Of a DNA stretch of 64,000 nt, positions 51,660 through 64,000 are shown one piece after another. The notes below the pieces were generated by a model. That model did no database searches. It saw only the letters and a program-made list of their open reading frames with translations, and had not been told where the DNA came from. Within the stretch, counting starts at the first letter, position 1, and every line of letters begins with the position of its first letter. The stretch comes from Mobula hypostoma (Eukaryota): positions 99,512,001-99,576,000 of the forward strand of contig NC_086108.1 of NCBI RefSeq assembly GCF_963921235.1. The letters run 5' to 3'. The position numbers and the translations under genes were made by a program.

Positions 51660-52030
51660 TGTATTCTGTAATTTTTCTCTCCTTTTTCTCCTTCTTTCCC
51701 TCTGACTATACCCCTTGCCCATCCTCTGGGTTTCCCCCCACCCCCTTTTCCTTCTCCCGGGCCTCTTGTCCCATGATCCTCTCATATCCCTTTTGCCAAT
51801 CATCTGTCCAGTTCTTGGCTCCATCCCTCCCCCGCCTCCTATCATTTTGGATCTCCCCCTCCCCCTCTCAAATCTTTTACTAGCTCTTCCTTCAGTTAGT
51901 CCTGATGAAGGGTCTTGGCCTGAAACGTCGACTGTACCTCTTCCTAGAGATGCTGCCTGGCCTGCTGCGTTCACCAGCAAATTTGATGTGTGTTGCTTGA
52001 ATTTCCAGCATCTGCAGAATTCCTCGTGTT
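51660..52030 (+). mobile_element. PLE 3' UTR fragment (related subfamily)
   Basis: Collinear with 11100-11395 and extends to the element terminus GAATTCCTCGTGTT. Confidence 0.8.
51897..51934 (+). ncRNA. minimal type-I hammerhead ribozyme motif
   Basis: TAGTC-CTGATGA-AGGGTCTTGGCCT-GAAA-CGTC-GACTG. Confidence 0.75.
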
Positions 52031-53621
52031 TATGTTCTGTATTTTTACCTTGTACTACCTCAAAGCACCATTATAATCAATTGATCTCTTGTGCTTATGG
52101 TATGCAAGACAAAATTTTCACTGCTACAGACACAAGAGGTACTGCAGATGCTGGAAATCTAGAGTAATACATACAATGAGCTGGAGAAGTTCGGCAGGTC
52201 AGGCAGCATCTATAGATGCGAATAACAGTCATCATTTCAGGCCAACACTTCTGATGAAAGTTCTCGGTCTGAAATGCCAACTGTTTACTCCCATCCTCCA
52301 TAAATTTACCAATTTCAGTACAAATTAGGTGACCGCACTTGAGATGGAAGGTGTCAGGAAAATATTCAGATTCTACCCATAAGACCATAAGACACGGGAG
52401 CAGAATTGGGCAATTTGACCCATCAGGTCTGCTCTAGCATTCAGTCATGGCTGATTATTATCCCACTCAACCCTATTCTCATGCCTTCACCCTGTGGCGT
52501 TTGATGCCTTACTAATCAACAACCTACAACTTCCTCTTTAAATATACCCCATGACTTGGCCTCCAGTTGTCTGTGGTAATTAATTCCACCGATTTTCGCT
52601 ACCTCCTGGCTACCTACAGATCGCTTTGTGGATAATGTGCTAGATGTTAGTAACAAGGACATCAAAGACCCTGGGCCCAATCTGCCAGTAATGGGTGCTG
52701 AACTTGCACCAGTACCCTACCCCCTATGCTTTAAACCAGTGACTCGACTCCAATGTCCATGGAGTAACCTTACCTAGGTCATCATGCCAATCTTTGGAGA
52801 AGGAGCTATAAAGGTGTCTGTGGAGTGAGGAAGTGAGTGCCTGATCCATCGGCTGGGAACTGTATGGGCTCAAAGGTGTGTCATGTCTGGAAGCCTTGGC
52901 CTACTGGGGAAGAATGGAGAAGTAAGTTAGAAGTAACTCGAGCTCACTCACCCATCAGAGACCAGGGATCGTTTCTTCAGGTCAGAGTTCTGCAGCTTGA
53001 AAGGAGGGCCTTTGGCTCAGCTCATCCATGCCGACTAAGGTGCCGAACCAAGTTAGTTCCTCTTACTTGCACTTGGCCCCTATCCCTCAAAACCTTTCCT
53101 ATCCAAGTGCCTGTCTAAATTATCTTTCAAACATCGTAATTTAAACTGCATTCACTTCTTCTTCTGGCATCTCATTCTACATATCCACCTCGCTCCATGT
53201 AGAAAAAATAGCAACTCAGATTCCCTTTAAATCTTTCCCCTCTAACCTTAAACCACTGCCACCGGGTTTTAAACTCCGCATACCTTGTGACCATTCACCT
53301 TTCTTGTGTCCCTCAGGATTGGATATATGTCTACCGGGTCATTATCAGCCTTTGACACTCCGGGGGGGAAAAGTCACAACCTGTCCAGTCTATCCTTACA
53401 AATCAAACTTCTTAACCCTTGTTGACTTCTGGGACTTGTGCAGCTTATTCATGAATCTCCATTCATGATTCAGCCCTTACAGGTTAGATTTCCCCAAGCT
53501 ACGGGCTAATGTGATCAATCTGATATCTGACAAGGGTGTGATTTAGCCAGCTGGCAAATTAGGTTATGAGTTGGGTTTGTTGTGGGTCAACGTCAGCTCC
53601 CTGCGAAGGATTCTACGCTGC

Positions 53622-54380
53622 AGTTCAAAATCAGAATCAGGTTTATTATTACTGACGCGTGTCGGGAAAGTTGTTGCTTTGTGGTAGCAGTACAGTGTAA
53701 CATATAACAATTACTGTAAGTTACAATAATAAGTATAATTAAGTAGTGCAAAAAGAGAGCAAAATTAGTGAGCAGTGTCGATGGGTTCATGGAGCATTCA
53801 GAAATCTGATGGTGAAGGTAACAAGCTGTTCCTAAAATGTTGAGCTTATGTCTTCATGCTGCAGTAACCCTTCCCTGATGGTAGCAATGAGAGAAGGGCA
53901 CATCCTGGATGGTGAGGGTGCTCAATGATGACGACACCTTCAAGTGGCACCACCTTTTTGACGACGTCCTCGATACCCGGGGAAGCTCCTGCCCACGATG
54001 AAGCTGGCTGAGTCTAGAACCCTCTGCAGCTTCTCCAATCCTGTGTAACGGAGGCTTCATACCAGGCCGTGATGAAACCAGTCGGAATGCCCTACATCTG
54101 TAGAAGTTTGCTAGAGTCTTTCCTGACAGACCAGTCTCATATATATCATAGATGCTGGCATGCCTTCTTTGTGATTGCATCAATATGTTGGGCCCAGGAT
54201 AGATTCTCTGAGATGTTGATGCCAAGCACATGAAGCTGCTCACCTTTTCCACTGATGGCCCTTCAACGAGAATCAGTATTTGTTCTCATAATTTCCCCTT
54301 CCTGAAGTCCACAATCAATTTCTTGGTCTTACTGACACTGAGTGCAAGGTTGTTGTGAAACCACTCAGCCAGCCAATCTA
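53622..54380 (-). mobile_element. Rex1/Babar-like LINE 3' fragment
   Basis: Decayed RT C-terminus (EKVSSF.., KTLANFYRC) and (TCAGAA)n tail. Confidence 0.7.
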
Positions 54381-56896
54381 TCTACCCAAGTTCCTGGAGC
54401 TCCTGCTGATTGGATTGCTGCAGATAGGATGAAGTGTATTTAGGGAGCTAGACAGTGACACCATGGTACTGGGCATCAACAGTAGAACCTTAGGCCACTT
54501 GTTTATCGAATCTCTGAATTATTCATTCCAAGCCTGGTCCAGGACTCAGTCTTTAAGTCTACTGTCCTTGAGTTGGGAAAATTACACAGGAGAAATAGAT
54601 TTGATATCATTGGAGGCAGTTAATTTTGCTTCAAAATTTTAATAAAAGACTTCCCATTGAATTTGGACTGGATGAGGACACATCTATGACAAGTAAGGAG
54701 ATACTGTTGAGTGGAGCACTCAATTCCGCACAAAAGAGATAAAGATCAAAGATTTTTTGTCACATATGCATTGAAACATACAATGAATTGTTATTTGCAT
54801 CAACTGCCAACATAATCCAAGGATTTATTGAGAGTGGCCTACATGTTTTTTTCCATGCTTCCATCCTCAACGTAGCATGCCCACAACTTATGAATCCTAA
54901 CCTGTACCCCTTTGAAATGTGGGAGGAAACCTGAGCACCCAGAGGAAGCTCACGCAGTCTGTATAAACCCCTTACCGCCAGTGGCGGAAATTGCACCCCA
55001 GTTGCTGGTGCTGTGAAGCATCCTACTGACCACTACCTTACCGTTGCATTTGGTACTGACAAACTTCTGCTTAGGCTGAGTTTGCACCACCATTCCCAGG
55101 AACGAGGCAGGTTAACTCTATACCAAGTAATAAATCGGGTTAAATCCTTACACTGGAATAAGGTAGATTTAACTCCAGCAACAATAGCATGGGCACCATG
55201 GTAGCGTAGTTGTTAACGTAACGTTATTACAGCTTGGGGCGGCAGAGCTCAGAGTTTAACTGACATCATCTGTAGGAGTCTGAACACCCTCCCCATGGAA
55301 TGTGTGGTTTTCCTTTGGGTGCTCCCATTCCCCCACCCCCCACATCTAAAGATGTACTAGGTAGGCTAATTGGTCATTGTAAATCGTCCTGTCGTTAGGC
55401 AAGGATTGAATCAGGAATTGCTGGGCGACGTGGTTTAAAGGCCTATTCTGCACTGTAACTCAATAAATAAATAACAACCTTTAGTTATCTGGCATCATCA
55501 AAACAGGGAAAAAAGAACGAAAAATAATTCACAGGTTTGTCATCAGACAAGTTGTTTAGGAAAGCAGAGGTAAGTAGAGAGGCAACAACAAGGTGTTGTG
55601 CAGCTGAAAGTAGTCATCCATTTCCATGGCAAGCGTTCTTTCCAGGCACCTGGAAGAGACTACAGGCACATTGTTCAAGGCACCATGTCTGTCTGTAGTC
55701 AAGGGGTGACAGATGCACTGCTGAGATACACTGGCAGGTTCATTCATATTTTTTTTCCAAAAGTGTAGAGAAATTGCATGCCACATTGGCAACCTTTCAC
55801 ATTACTGATCTTTCCCAGAGCTCACGTTGTGTAGCCAGATCACTAATTTCCCGAGAGCTATCATCTCGAGCCACAGTGGGCCTTGTGGTAAAACCTGCTC
55901 CACAGTGGTTCTGGGGAGGGAGTTCTAGGACATAGGCCCAGTGAGAATCTTCTAGGACATATGCCCAGTGATGATGAAGTAGGCCTTCTTACTTAAGCCC
56001 TTTACCCCTACTAGGGCATAGGTCACCAATAACAGCTTGCCAGAATCCTCTGTCCTGGGCCAGTCCTTTGAGATGTCTCCAGGTGCTGCCCATCTTGGTG
56101 TTAGATCCTACCTCTCCCAGGGATGAGGTCTTTGTAGCTTCTGTTGGCATTTCTATAGCTCTGGGATTTTACAGGATGAGTTTACTAGCTCCATGTTCAA
56201 CCCTCCTCCTTTCAGAGTTGGGCATGGTGGAGTTATTTCCGAGTCAGGATGATGTACATTTAATTTGGAGGAGAACTTGCAGGTGATGATGTTCCCAAAT
56301 GCCCGCAGCCTTTGTCATAAGTTATACAGCATGTGAGCAGGTTCTGTGGCCCAACTGGTCAATGTCAACCAAGGCACCCATTCAAACTAACCCCATTTGC
56401 CAACACATCCTTCTAAACCTATCCTATCTCTGTAGCCATTCAAATATCTTTTTAAATGTTGTTTTTTCACCTGCCTCAGCAACTTCCATTCTTTCCACAT
56501 GTGTAACACAATTTGTATTTTAAAAAAGCCCTACTCCTTCCTACTAACTCTCCTGCTTCTCACCTTAATCCTGTGTCCCTTAGCTCTTGATTTCCCAGCT
56601 CAGGGTTAGTAAAAAAAAAAAGTGATTGAATGCAAAAACCCTGTGTGGTATGGTTATTAATCTGTTATGGGTTTAGTCAGCATGCCTGCAGGAAAATGAA
56701 TCTCAGGGTTGTATATGGTGACAGATATACACTTTGATAATAAGTTTACTTTGAGCTTTTACCTTTGAACTTTGCACTCAACCAGGAAAATGGAGAGCAA
56801 ATGGACTAGTTTAATATTGTCACATGTACCAGCCTTGCCTTCCTTACTGCTGACCTAACCCTCAACTTAACTTTAGGGAATTCTGTACTAGGACTC

Positions 56897-57164
56897 CTAA
56901 ACAGAGATACCGGAAATCCAGACAAGCAAATATAAAATAGTGAAGGAACTCAGCAGCTCAGAGTGTATTTATGGAAATGAAGAAACAGTTGACATTTAGT
57001 GTCCGGACCCTTTCTCAATACTGATGAAGGTTCTTAGACAAAACATCAACTATTTCTTGTTCTGATGCCCGAAGCATTGACTATTTCTTTTTCTGAAAAG
57101 AGTTTTGGCTTTAAATGTTGACTGTTAATTCATCTTCATCGATACTGCTTGATCTGATGTGATC
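56897..57164. mobile_element. old fold-back PLE terminus with tandem degenerate hammerhead-like units, inserted in a CR1
   Basis: 9-bp TSD CTAGGACTC at 56888-56896 and 57165-57173. Confidence 0.5.
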
Positions 57165-60100
57165 CTAGGACTCACTTGCATTTTTGATTTCTGCATACAA
57201 TCTCTGTTTAGAAAATAGTCTACACATTTCTTCTACCAAAGTGCATGACCATATACTTCGCTATACTATATTCCATCTTCCACTTCTTTGCTCGTATTCT
57301 TAATCCGTGTAAGCAAGTCCTTCTGCAAACTCCCTGCTTCCTTAACACTACCTGCCCCAACACCTATCTGTGTATCGTCTGCTTCTCCAAAGGGATTTTT
57401 CTTAAGCTTATTCTTTCGACAACTCCCAGATAATAAAGAAAAGCAAGTATTATTTATTTAAGCACATTTACTCTTTGGCATTGCTCATAATGAGTTACTT
57501 CCAACTTTAACTGCGACTGTTTTCTGTCATCATGTCCAATCTGTTTAAACCATGACCTTACTGTGTTACAACAAAAAGCAGAGATTTATAGCAAGCAAGA
57601 ACATGATGTACAAATATGACATTCATTATTGTGAGAGCAGTTCTGTCAGCTTAACCAGTTCACTCAGGGCAGGAGCCTGGTTGCTTTATAGATCAAGTAG
57701 CTAAATCTAGAAAAAAGCTCAATTAGTTTTTGAGACAAACCTGACATTAAGAGTTGTACATAATAAGAATAATTTTAACTATCACTGACAGCTTGTTACA
57801 AGTTACACTAATTTGATGATATACATTGACATAGTTACGTTTATGAGGTAATAAATGATTCCTACTTGTTACATAAATTGAGTTTCCGGCCCTACTAGTT
57901 TTCCCAAGCAACATGACGGATACATTACATACACCTGGAGAACTTCAGAAAGGAAATTTTTGGGAGCTTTATGCTTTTTCCTCTCTATTTTGGAACAGTG
58001 TAGATTTTAAACCTTAGTTGAACTCGAGGATTTCGGGGCTTGGTGTGAGACAAGACCCTAGGTATCTGAGCCTTGCGTGACGTTTACAAAGGATGTTGCT
58101 TGTCCATCTTATCAAACAGTAACAGGAGACCTGAGTGAGAGAGTTTTTAAAGTGGAAAAGCACTCACTTGACCTCAGAAGTCCAGGCCCAGCGTATGAGT
58201 AGTCATCATAACTGTGGTCTTCCTTGGTTGCAGTGGATGACCATGACTTCTGTGCCTTGTTATGCCCTTCTCTCTCCACAGAGCATTGCAGAACCACCTT
58301 CTGACGGATAAGCGTCCACCCAGTCTCTGGAGCTGACTTCACATGCTAGGACGGGCGTGTCCCTATCTGACTGGGGTATGAGACCCGCCCACTGCCCTCT
58401 TCTGGTCTAGGCTGGCTGTCAAAGCGGTGTACTGGGGTGTGGCCACTGTCTCATGCAAACAGCTACTTGGAACCACAGGGGAGAGCTGAGTGTCCTGTGG
58501 TGCCCAAAGGTGAATGAGCGGTCCCAGAATGGACACAGAAAAGGTATAGATCAGAGTTTAAATAATAGGTCAGGTAAAATTTTACTAAGTCATTTGAAAA
58601 AAGGCAATTAACTGCAGAGAGATGTGAATGCAAGACAGTCCAACACACACACCAGCCTCCCCTCCATAGACTGTCTATACTTCCTGGTACCTCACGGGAG
58701 CAGTTAACATAATCAAGGACCCTCCCACTTGGGTCATTCTCTCTTCACCCATCTACTATCGGGCAGAAGATACAAAATCTTAAGACTACAAACTGCTGAT
58801 CATAGAGCACTAAGCAGAGAAATAGACCCTTTAGCTCATATAGTCCATGCTGGCTTGCCTTTCTGCCTTGTTATATCTACCTTCACCCAGCCCAGCCAGA
58901 GCTCTCTATTTCCCTCTCATCTGTGCACCTATCCAAATTTTTGGTAATTGATGTTCTCTTTGGAACAGAGATGAGGAGGAATTTCTTTAGCCATAGGGTG
59001 GTGTATTTGTGGAATTCACTATCACTGATGGCTGTGCAGGCTAAGTCGCTGGGTATATTTAAAGAAGAGGTTGATCCTCAGGGTGTCAGAGGTTAGAGGG
59101 AAATAGCAGAAGAATGGAGTTGAGAGGGATAATAAATCAGCCATGATAGAATGACAGAGATGACTTGAAGGGCCCAGTGGCCTAATTTGCTCCTTTGTCT
59201 TAATATTACAATTGAACTTGCACCTACCACTTCTGTTGGCAGTTCATTCCACACCACTCTTCACGTGAAGAAGGTCCTTCCTCAGATACCCCTTAAATAT
59301 CTCACTTTTCACCCTAAACTACTGACCTCTAGGTCTAGTCTCGGCCTTGACTGTTTATTCATCCCCATGGATGCTGCCTGACTTGCTAAGTTCCCCCAGC
59401 ATTTTGTGTGTGTTATGCAAGTTAACTTTTATTCTGCTTCAGAGCAATTAGAATATTGAAGATGCGATGTTGGTTTTAAAATAGGGTGAAAAAGAAAGAT
59501 TTTACACCCTGCTCCTTCCTTGGTCTTCGAAACAGTCAAAGGGTTCTTGTGCAATTTAGTCCATTAAATAGGTTTTCCCGTTGAGCCAGCAATATTCACT
59601 TCTCTGGGTTATTTACGTTGTTCTATTACAATAAAAGCACATTATTTCCTTGAGAATTTGCATAATTATTTATTCACGTTTTTTTCTTTCCTGTTAAAAT
59701 GTATTTACGTTTTATTGCTGCAATCTGTAAGGCAATGAGTTTGCGCTTCTAAGCATTCCCGAGCCGAGAGAGGCCTCTGGTTGGCTGGCTTTGAATTTAT
59801 GAAATTGACTCGAAATTGACAAGTAGATAATTGGAAAAGGGATATTGCAATTGAAGAGAAGGGAAGATTTACAAACAGGAGTTGGTGGTATATTGCAGAA
59901 ACATGCAGCCTATAAAAGGATCTCTAATAAATGTACTTCTAATGCAGCAGTAAATGTTACAACACAAAGTACTTTTAAATGGATAAAGTATAACAAAATT
60001 ATTCATAAAATGAAATGGGGAGAGATGTCATGCTGAGTGGCTACACGCAGTTATATGGAGCGCTAACAAGGTTATCATTGAAACCTGAGAGCTGCTCTTC

Positions 60101-60524
60101 ACTTAACTCTTTTACTTACTACCTTTATGCACAGGCTGAAAAATTGATGTTTAAGTTGTTAATTTTTCCCAAGAGCAATGTTCCATCTCTACACCCCTGC
60201 TCTCCATGTGTAAAGGGAACAGGTTCGTCTTCCTACTACCTTGAAAGGCTTGCGTCAGAGAACGTTGCCCGTGGACAGCCTGTCCCACTCCCGTCAGGGA
60301 GGAGGCTACGTAGCAACCACACCTGGACCACCAAACTCAAAAACAGTTACTTTCCCCAGGCAGTTAAGGCCGATCAACACCTCTACCCATGAACCCACCC
60401 ACCCATCACCACTACTTTATCATCTCCTGTCAGATTCGCCTAAGGTACAGACACTCCTGTGCCTAGAATCTCTTTATGGGCACATGATCAATCTGTGTAT
60501 ATAAGCTATCTTATGTATTTATGT

Positions 60525-60728
60525 CACAGACAAGGGAAAATCTGCAGACACTGGAAATCCGAGCAACATACACAAAATGCTGGAGGTATGAAGCAGGCCA
60601 GGCAGCATCTATGTAAAAGAGTACAGAAGGGTTGCCCTGCCGAAGGGTTTTGGCCCGAAACTTTGACTGTACTCTTTTCCTAGATGCTGCCTGGCCTGCT
60701 GAGTTCCTCTAGCATTTAGTGCGTATTG
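60525..60728. mobile_element. mini fold-back PLE terminus
   Basis: Inverted GCAGGCCAGGCAGCATCTA / TAGATGCTGCCTGGCCTGC arms, degenerate hammerhead CTGCCGA..CCCGAAAC; 14-bp TSD TTATGTATTTATGT at 60511-60524 and 60729-60742. Confidence 0.8.
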
Positions 60729-61199
60729 TTATGTATTTATGTTTATTGTATATTCTTTATTATTACTGTGTCCTTTATCTTATTTTATTTTGACCAGTGT
60801 TAGAACCAGAGCACCAGTTATTTCCTTCTCCTTTACAGTTGTATATTGGGAAATGACTTTGAATAATCTTGAATCACTCTTTCATGTGAGGTAATGTACC
60901 CAGGTTGCACAGCTTGTCAGTGCAAAGAAGTATCGTACATAAACTATGGAAGTTTGAGAGATTGCTGTTTACAATAAGCAGAACCAAAAATCTATAAGTC
61001 TATCAACTATCAGTCTTCTGAATTAGGAATTCATTGACTTGAGCCTGCTTTGCTCTTGCAGTTGAGAATGATGGTTGTATCTGGTTGTGTCTCTAATTAA
61101 TTCAAGAAACTTGGATTTTCTTTTACTTCTGCATTTAAGAATTCACATGCCAGGTTGGAAATTAACTAACCCAATGTAGCAAAATAACCTGTCCAAATA

Positions 61200-61943
61200 C
61201 AAACAGTGGACACTTTATTAAATACATCTGTACATCAGCACGACTGTTCGTTAATGCAAACATCTAACTAGCCATTCATGTGGTAACAATGCAATGCATA
61301 AAAGCATGCAGGCATGGTCAAGTGGTTCTGTTATTGTTAAGACCATACATCAGAATTGGGAAGAAATATGATCTAAGTGGCTTTATAAGGCATTGATCAG
61401 ATCACACTTGGAGTATTGTTAGCAGCTTTTGGCCCCTTATCGAAGAAAAGATGTGCTGGCATTGGAGAGTGCCCAGAGGAGGTTCACAAGAGTGATTCTA
61501 GGAATGAAATCATTAATATATGGGCATTTTATGGCCTAATTCTGCTCATATATCTTATAATCTAATTGAACATAGTAATATACACTCAGTGGCCACTTTA
61601 TTAGGTACCTCCTGTACTTAATGAAATGGCCACTGAATGTATCATCATGGTCTTCTGCTACTGTAGTCTATCCACTTCAAAGTTTGATGTATAATTCAGA
61701 GATGCTCTTCTGCACACCACTGTTGTAACATGTTGTTATTTGAGTTACTGTCACCTTCCTATCAGCTTGAACCAGTCTGACCATTCTCCCCCGACACCAA
61801 ACTGCCGCTCATAAGATTTCTTTTTTTGTTTTTTGCATAATTCTCTGTAAATTCTAGAGATTGAAAATCCCAGATGAGCAGTTTTTGAGATACTTAAACA
61901 ACCCTGTCTGGACTAACAATTATTCCACAGTCAAAATCACTTA
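61200..61943. mobile_element. Tc1/mariner-like non-autonomous element fragments with nested CR1 piece
   Basis: CAGTGG(A/C)CACTTTATT termini; hairpin TACACTCAGTGGCCACTTT..ATGGCCACTGAATGTA at 61581-61641. Confidence 0.6.
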
Positions 61944-62166
61944 CAAGAGAAAATCTGCAGATGCTGGAAATCTGAGCCACACACACAAAATGCTGGAGGA
62001 ACTCAGCAGACCAGTCAGCATCTTTGGAAAAAAGTACAGTTGACATTGGTTGGACTATTATTCAGGGCCCTAAACAGTCCTTCCAGATGAGGCAACACTT
62101 CACCTGTGAGTCTGTTGGGGTCATATAGTGTGTTCAGTGCTCCTGGTGTGACCTCTCTTGTATATC
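61944..62166. mobile_element. older fold-back PLE (minus 3' end plus plus-strand GIY-YIG start), cut by CR1 insertion
   Basis: ATTCAGGGCCCTAAACAGTCCTTCCAG..CACTTCACCTGTGAG matches about 10700-10800. Confidence 0.7.
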
Positions 62167-64000
62167 ATAGAACATATGTACAGCACATTACAGGCCCTTC
62201 GTCCCACAATGTTCTGCCGACCCTCAAACCCTGCCTCCCATATAACCCCCCAACTTAAGTTCCTCCATATACCTGTCTAGTAGTCTCTTAAACTTCACTA
62301 GTGTATCTGCCTTCTCCACTGACTCAGGCAGTGAATTCCACGCACCAACCACTCTCTGAGTAAAAAACCTTCTTCTAATATCCCCCTTGAACTTCCCACC
62401 CCTTACCTTAAAGCCATGTCCTCTTGTATTGAGCAGTGATGCCCTGAGGAAGAGGTGCTGGCTATCCACTCTATCGATTCCCCTTGATATCACGTACACC
62501 TCTTTCATGTCTCCTCTCATCCTCCTTCTCTCTAAAAAGTAAAGCCCTAGCTCCCTTAATCTCTGATCATAATGCATACTCTCTAAACCAGGCAGCATCC
62601 TGGAAAATCTCCTCTGTACCGTTTCCAATGCTTCCACATCCTTCCTATAGTGAGGCGACCAGAACAGGACACAGTACTCCAAGTGTGGCCTAACCAGCTT
62701 CATAGAGCTGCATCATTACATCGCGACTCTTAAACTCTATCCCTCGACTTATGAAAGCCAACATCCCCATAAGCTTTCTTAACTACCCTATCTACCTGTG
62801 AGGCAACTTTCAGGGATCTGTGGACATGCACCCCCAGATCCCTCTGCTCCTCCGCACTACCAGGTATCCTGCCATTTACTTTGTACTCTGCCTTGGAGTT
62901 TGGCCTTCCAAACTGTACCACCTCACACTTCTCCGGGTTGAACTCCATCTGCCACTTCTCAGCCCACTTCTGCATCCTATCAATGTCTCTCTGCAATCTT
63001 CGACAATCCTCTACACTAGCTACAACACTACCAACCTTTGTGTCATCTGCAAACTTGCCAACCTACCCTTCTACCCCCACATCCAGGTCGTTAATAAAAA
63101 TCACAAAAAGAAGAGGTCCAAGAACAGATCCTTGTGGGACACCACTAGTCACAACCCTCCAATCTGAATGTATTCCCTCCACCACGACCCTCTGCCTTCT
63201 GCAGGCAAGCTAATTCTGAATCCACCTGGCCAAACCTCCCTGGATCCCATGCCATCTGATTTTCTGAATAAGCCTATCGTGTGGAACCTTGTCAAATGCC
63301 TTACTAAAATCCATGTAGATCACATCCACTGCACTACCCTCACCTATATGACTGGTCACCTCCTCAAAGAACTCTATCAGGCTTGTTAGACATGATCTGC
63401 CCTTCACAAAGCCATGCTGACTGTCCCTGATCAGACCATGATTCTCTAAATGCCCATAGGTCCTATCTCTAAGAATCTTTTCCAACAGCTTTCCCACCAC
63501 AGATGTGAGGCTCACTGGTCTATAATTACCCGGACTATCCCTACTACCTTTTCTGAACAAGGGGACAACATTCACCTCCATCCAATCCTCCAGTACCATT
63601 CCCGTGTGACAATGAGGACATAAAGATCCTAGCCAGAGGCTCAGCAATCTCTTCCCTCGCCTTGTGAAGCAGCCTGGGGAAAATTCCGCAGGCCCCGGGG
63701 ACTTATCCGTCCTAATGTATTTTAACAAATCCAACACCTCCTCTCCCTTAATACCAACATGCTCCAGAACATCAATCTCATTCATATTGTCCTCACCGTC
63801 ATCAAGTTCCTTCTCATTGGTGAATACCGAAGAGAAGTATTCTTTGAGGACCTCACTCACTTCCACAGCCTCCAGGCACATCTTCCCACCTTTATCTCTA
63901 ATTGGTCCTACCTTCACTCCTGTCATCCTTTTGTTCTTCACATAATTGAAGAATGCCTTGGGGTTTTCCTTTACCCTACTCACCAAGGCCTTCTCATGCC
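62167..64000 (-). mobile_element. CR1 LINE ORF2 (RT) with frameshifts, running off the window edge
   Basis: PGNYRPVSLTSVVGKLLE, SQHGFVKGRSCLTSL, YMDFSKAFDKVPH, QRDIDRMQKWAEKWQMEFN, LVRPHLEYC. Confidence 0.93.

Noticed and set aside
55923..55971. 27-bp-period direct repeat TTCTAGGACATA.GCCCAGTGA
   Set aside because: It is a simple local tandem duplication with no further structure.

Overview
This is a eukaryotic, repeat-dense, probably intronic or intergenic window. The repeat landscape (CR1 LINEs, Rex1/Babar LINEs, V-/CORE-type tRNA SINEs, Penelope-like elements, Tc1 and hAT relics) looks like a cartilaginous fish, probably a ray; this is an inference from repeat types. I found no convincing host exon, rRNA, tRNA gene or CRISPR array, and most ORFs in the track are transposon fragments or noise. 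Main observations: (1) a Penelope-like element (PLE) family with a GIY-YIG endonuclease and a minimal type-I hammerhead ribozyme repeatedly occurs as fold-back insertions with 9-14 bp target-site duplications (TSDs). These include an 867-bp-arm palindrome at 9648-11395 and a copy whose spacer (370-433) is an inverted copy of nearby genomic DNA (950-1013). (2) A second, Poseidon-like PLE has its own hammerhead at about 38030-38545. (3) A heavily decayed R2-type retrotransposon (RT, CCHC, restriction-like endonuclease) at about 41100-44800 lies outside any rDNA context and is largely missed by the ORF track. (4) An old unexplained inverted repeat at 27766-31272 is split by a CR1. (5) Nested insertions are common, for example a solo LTR inside a Tc1.
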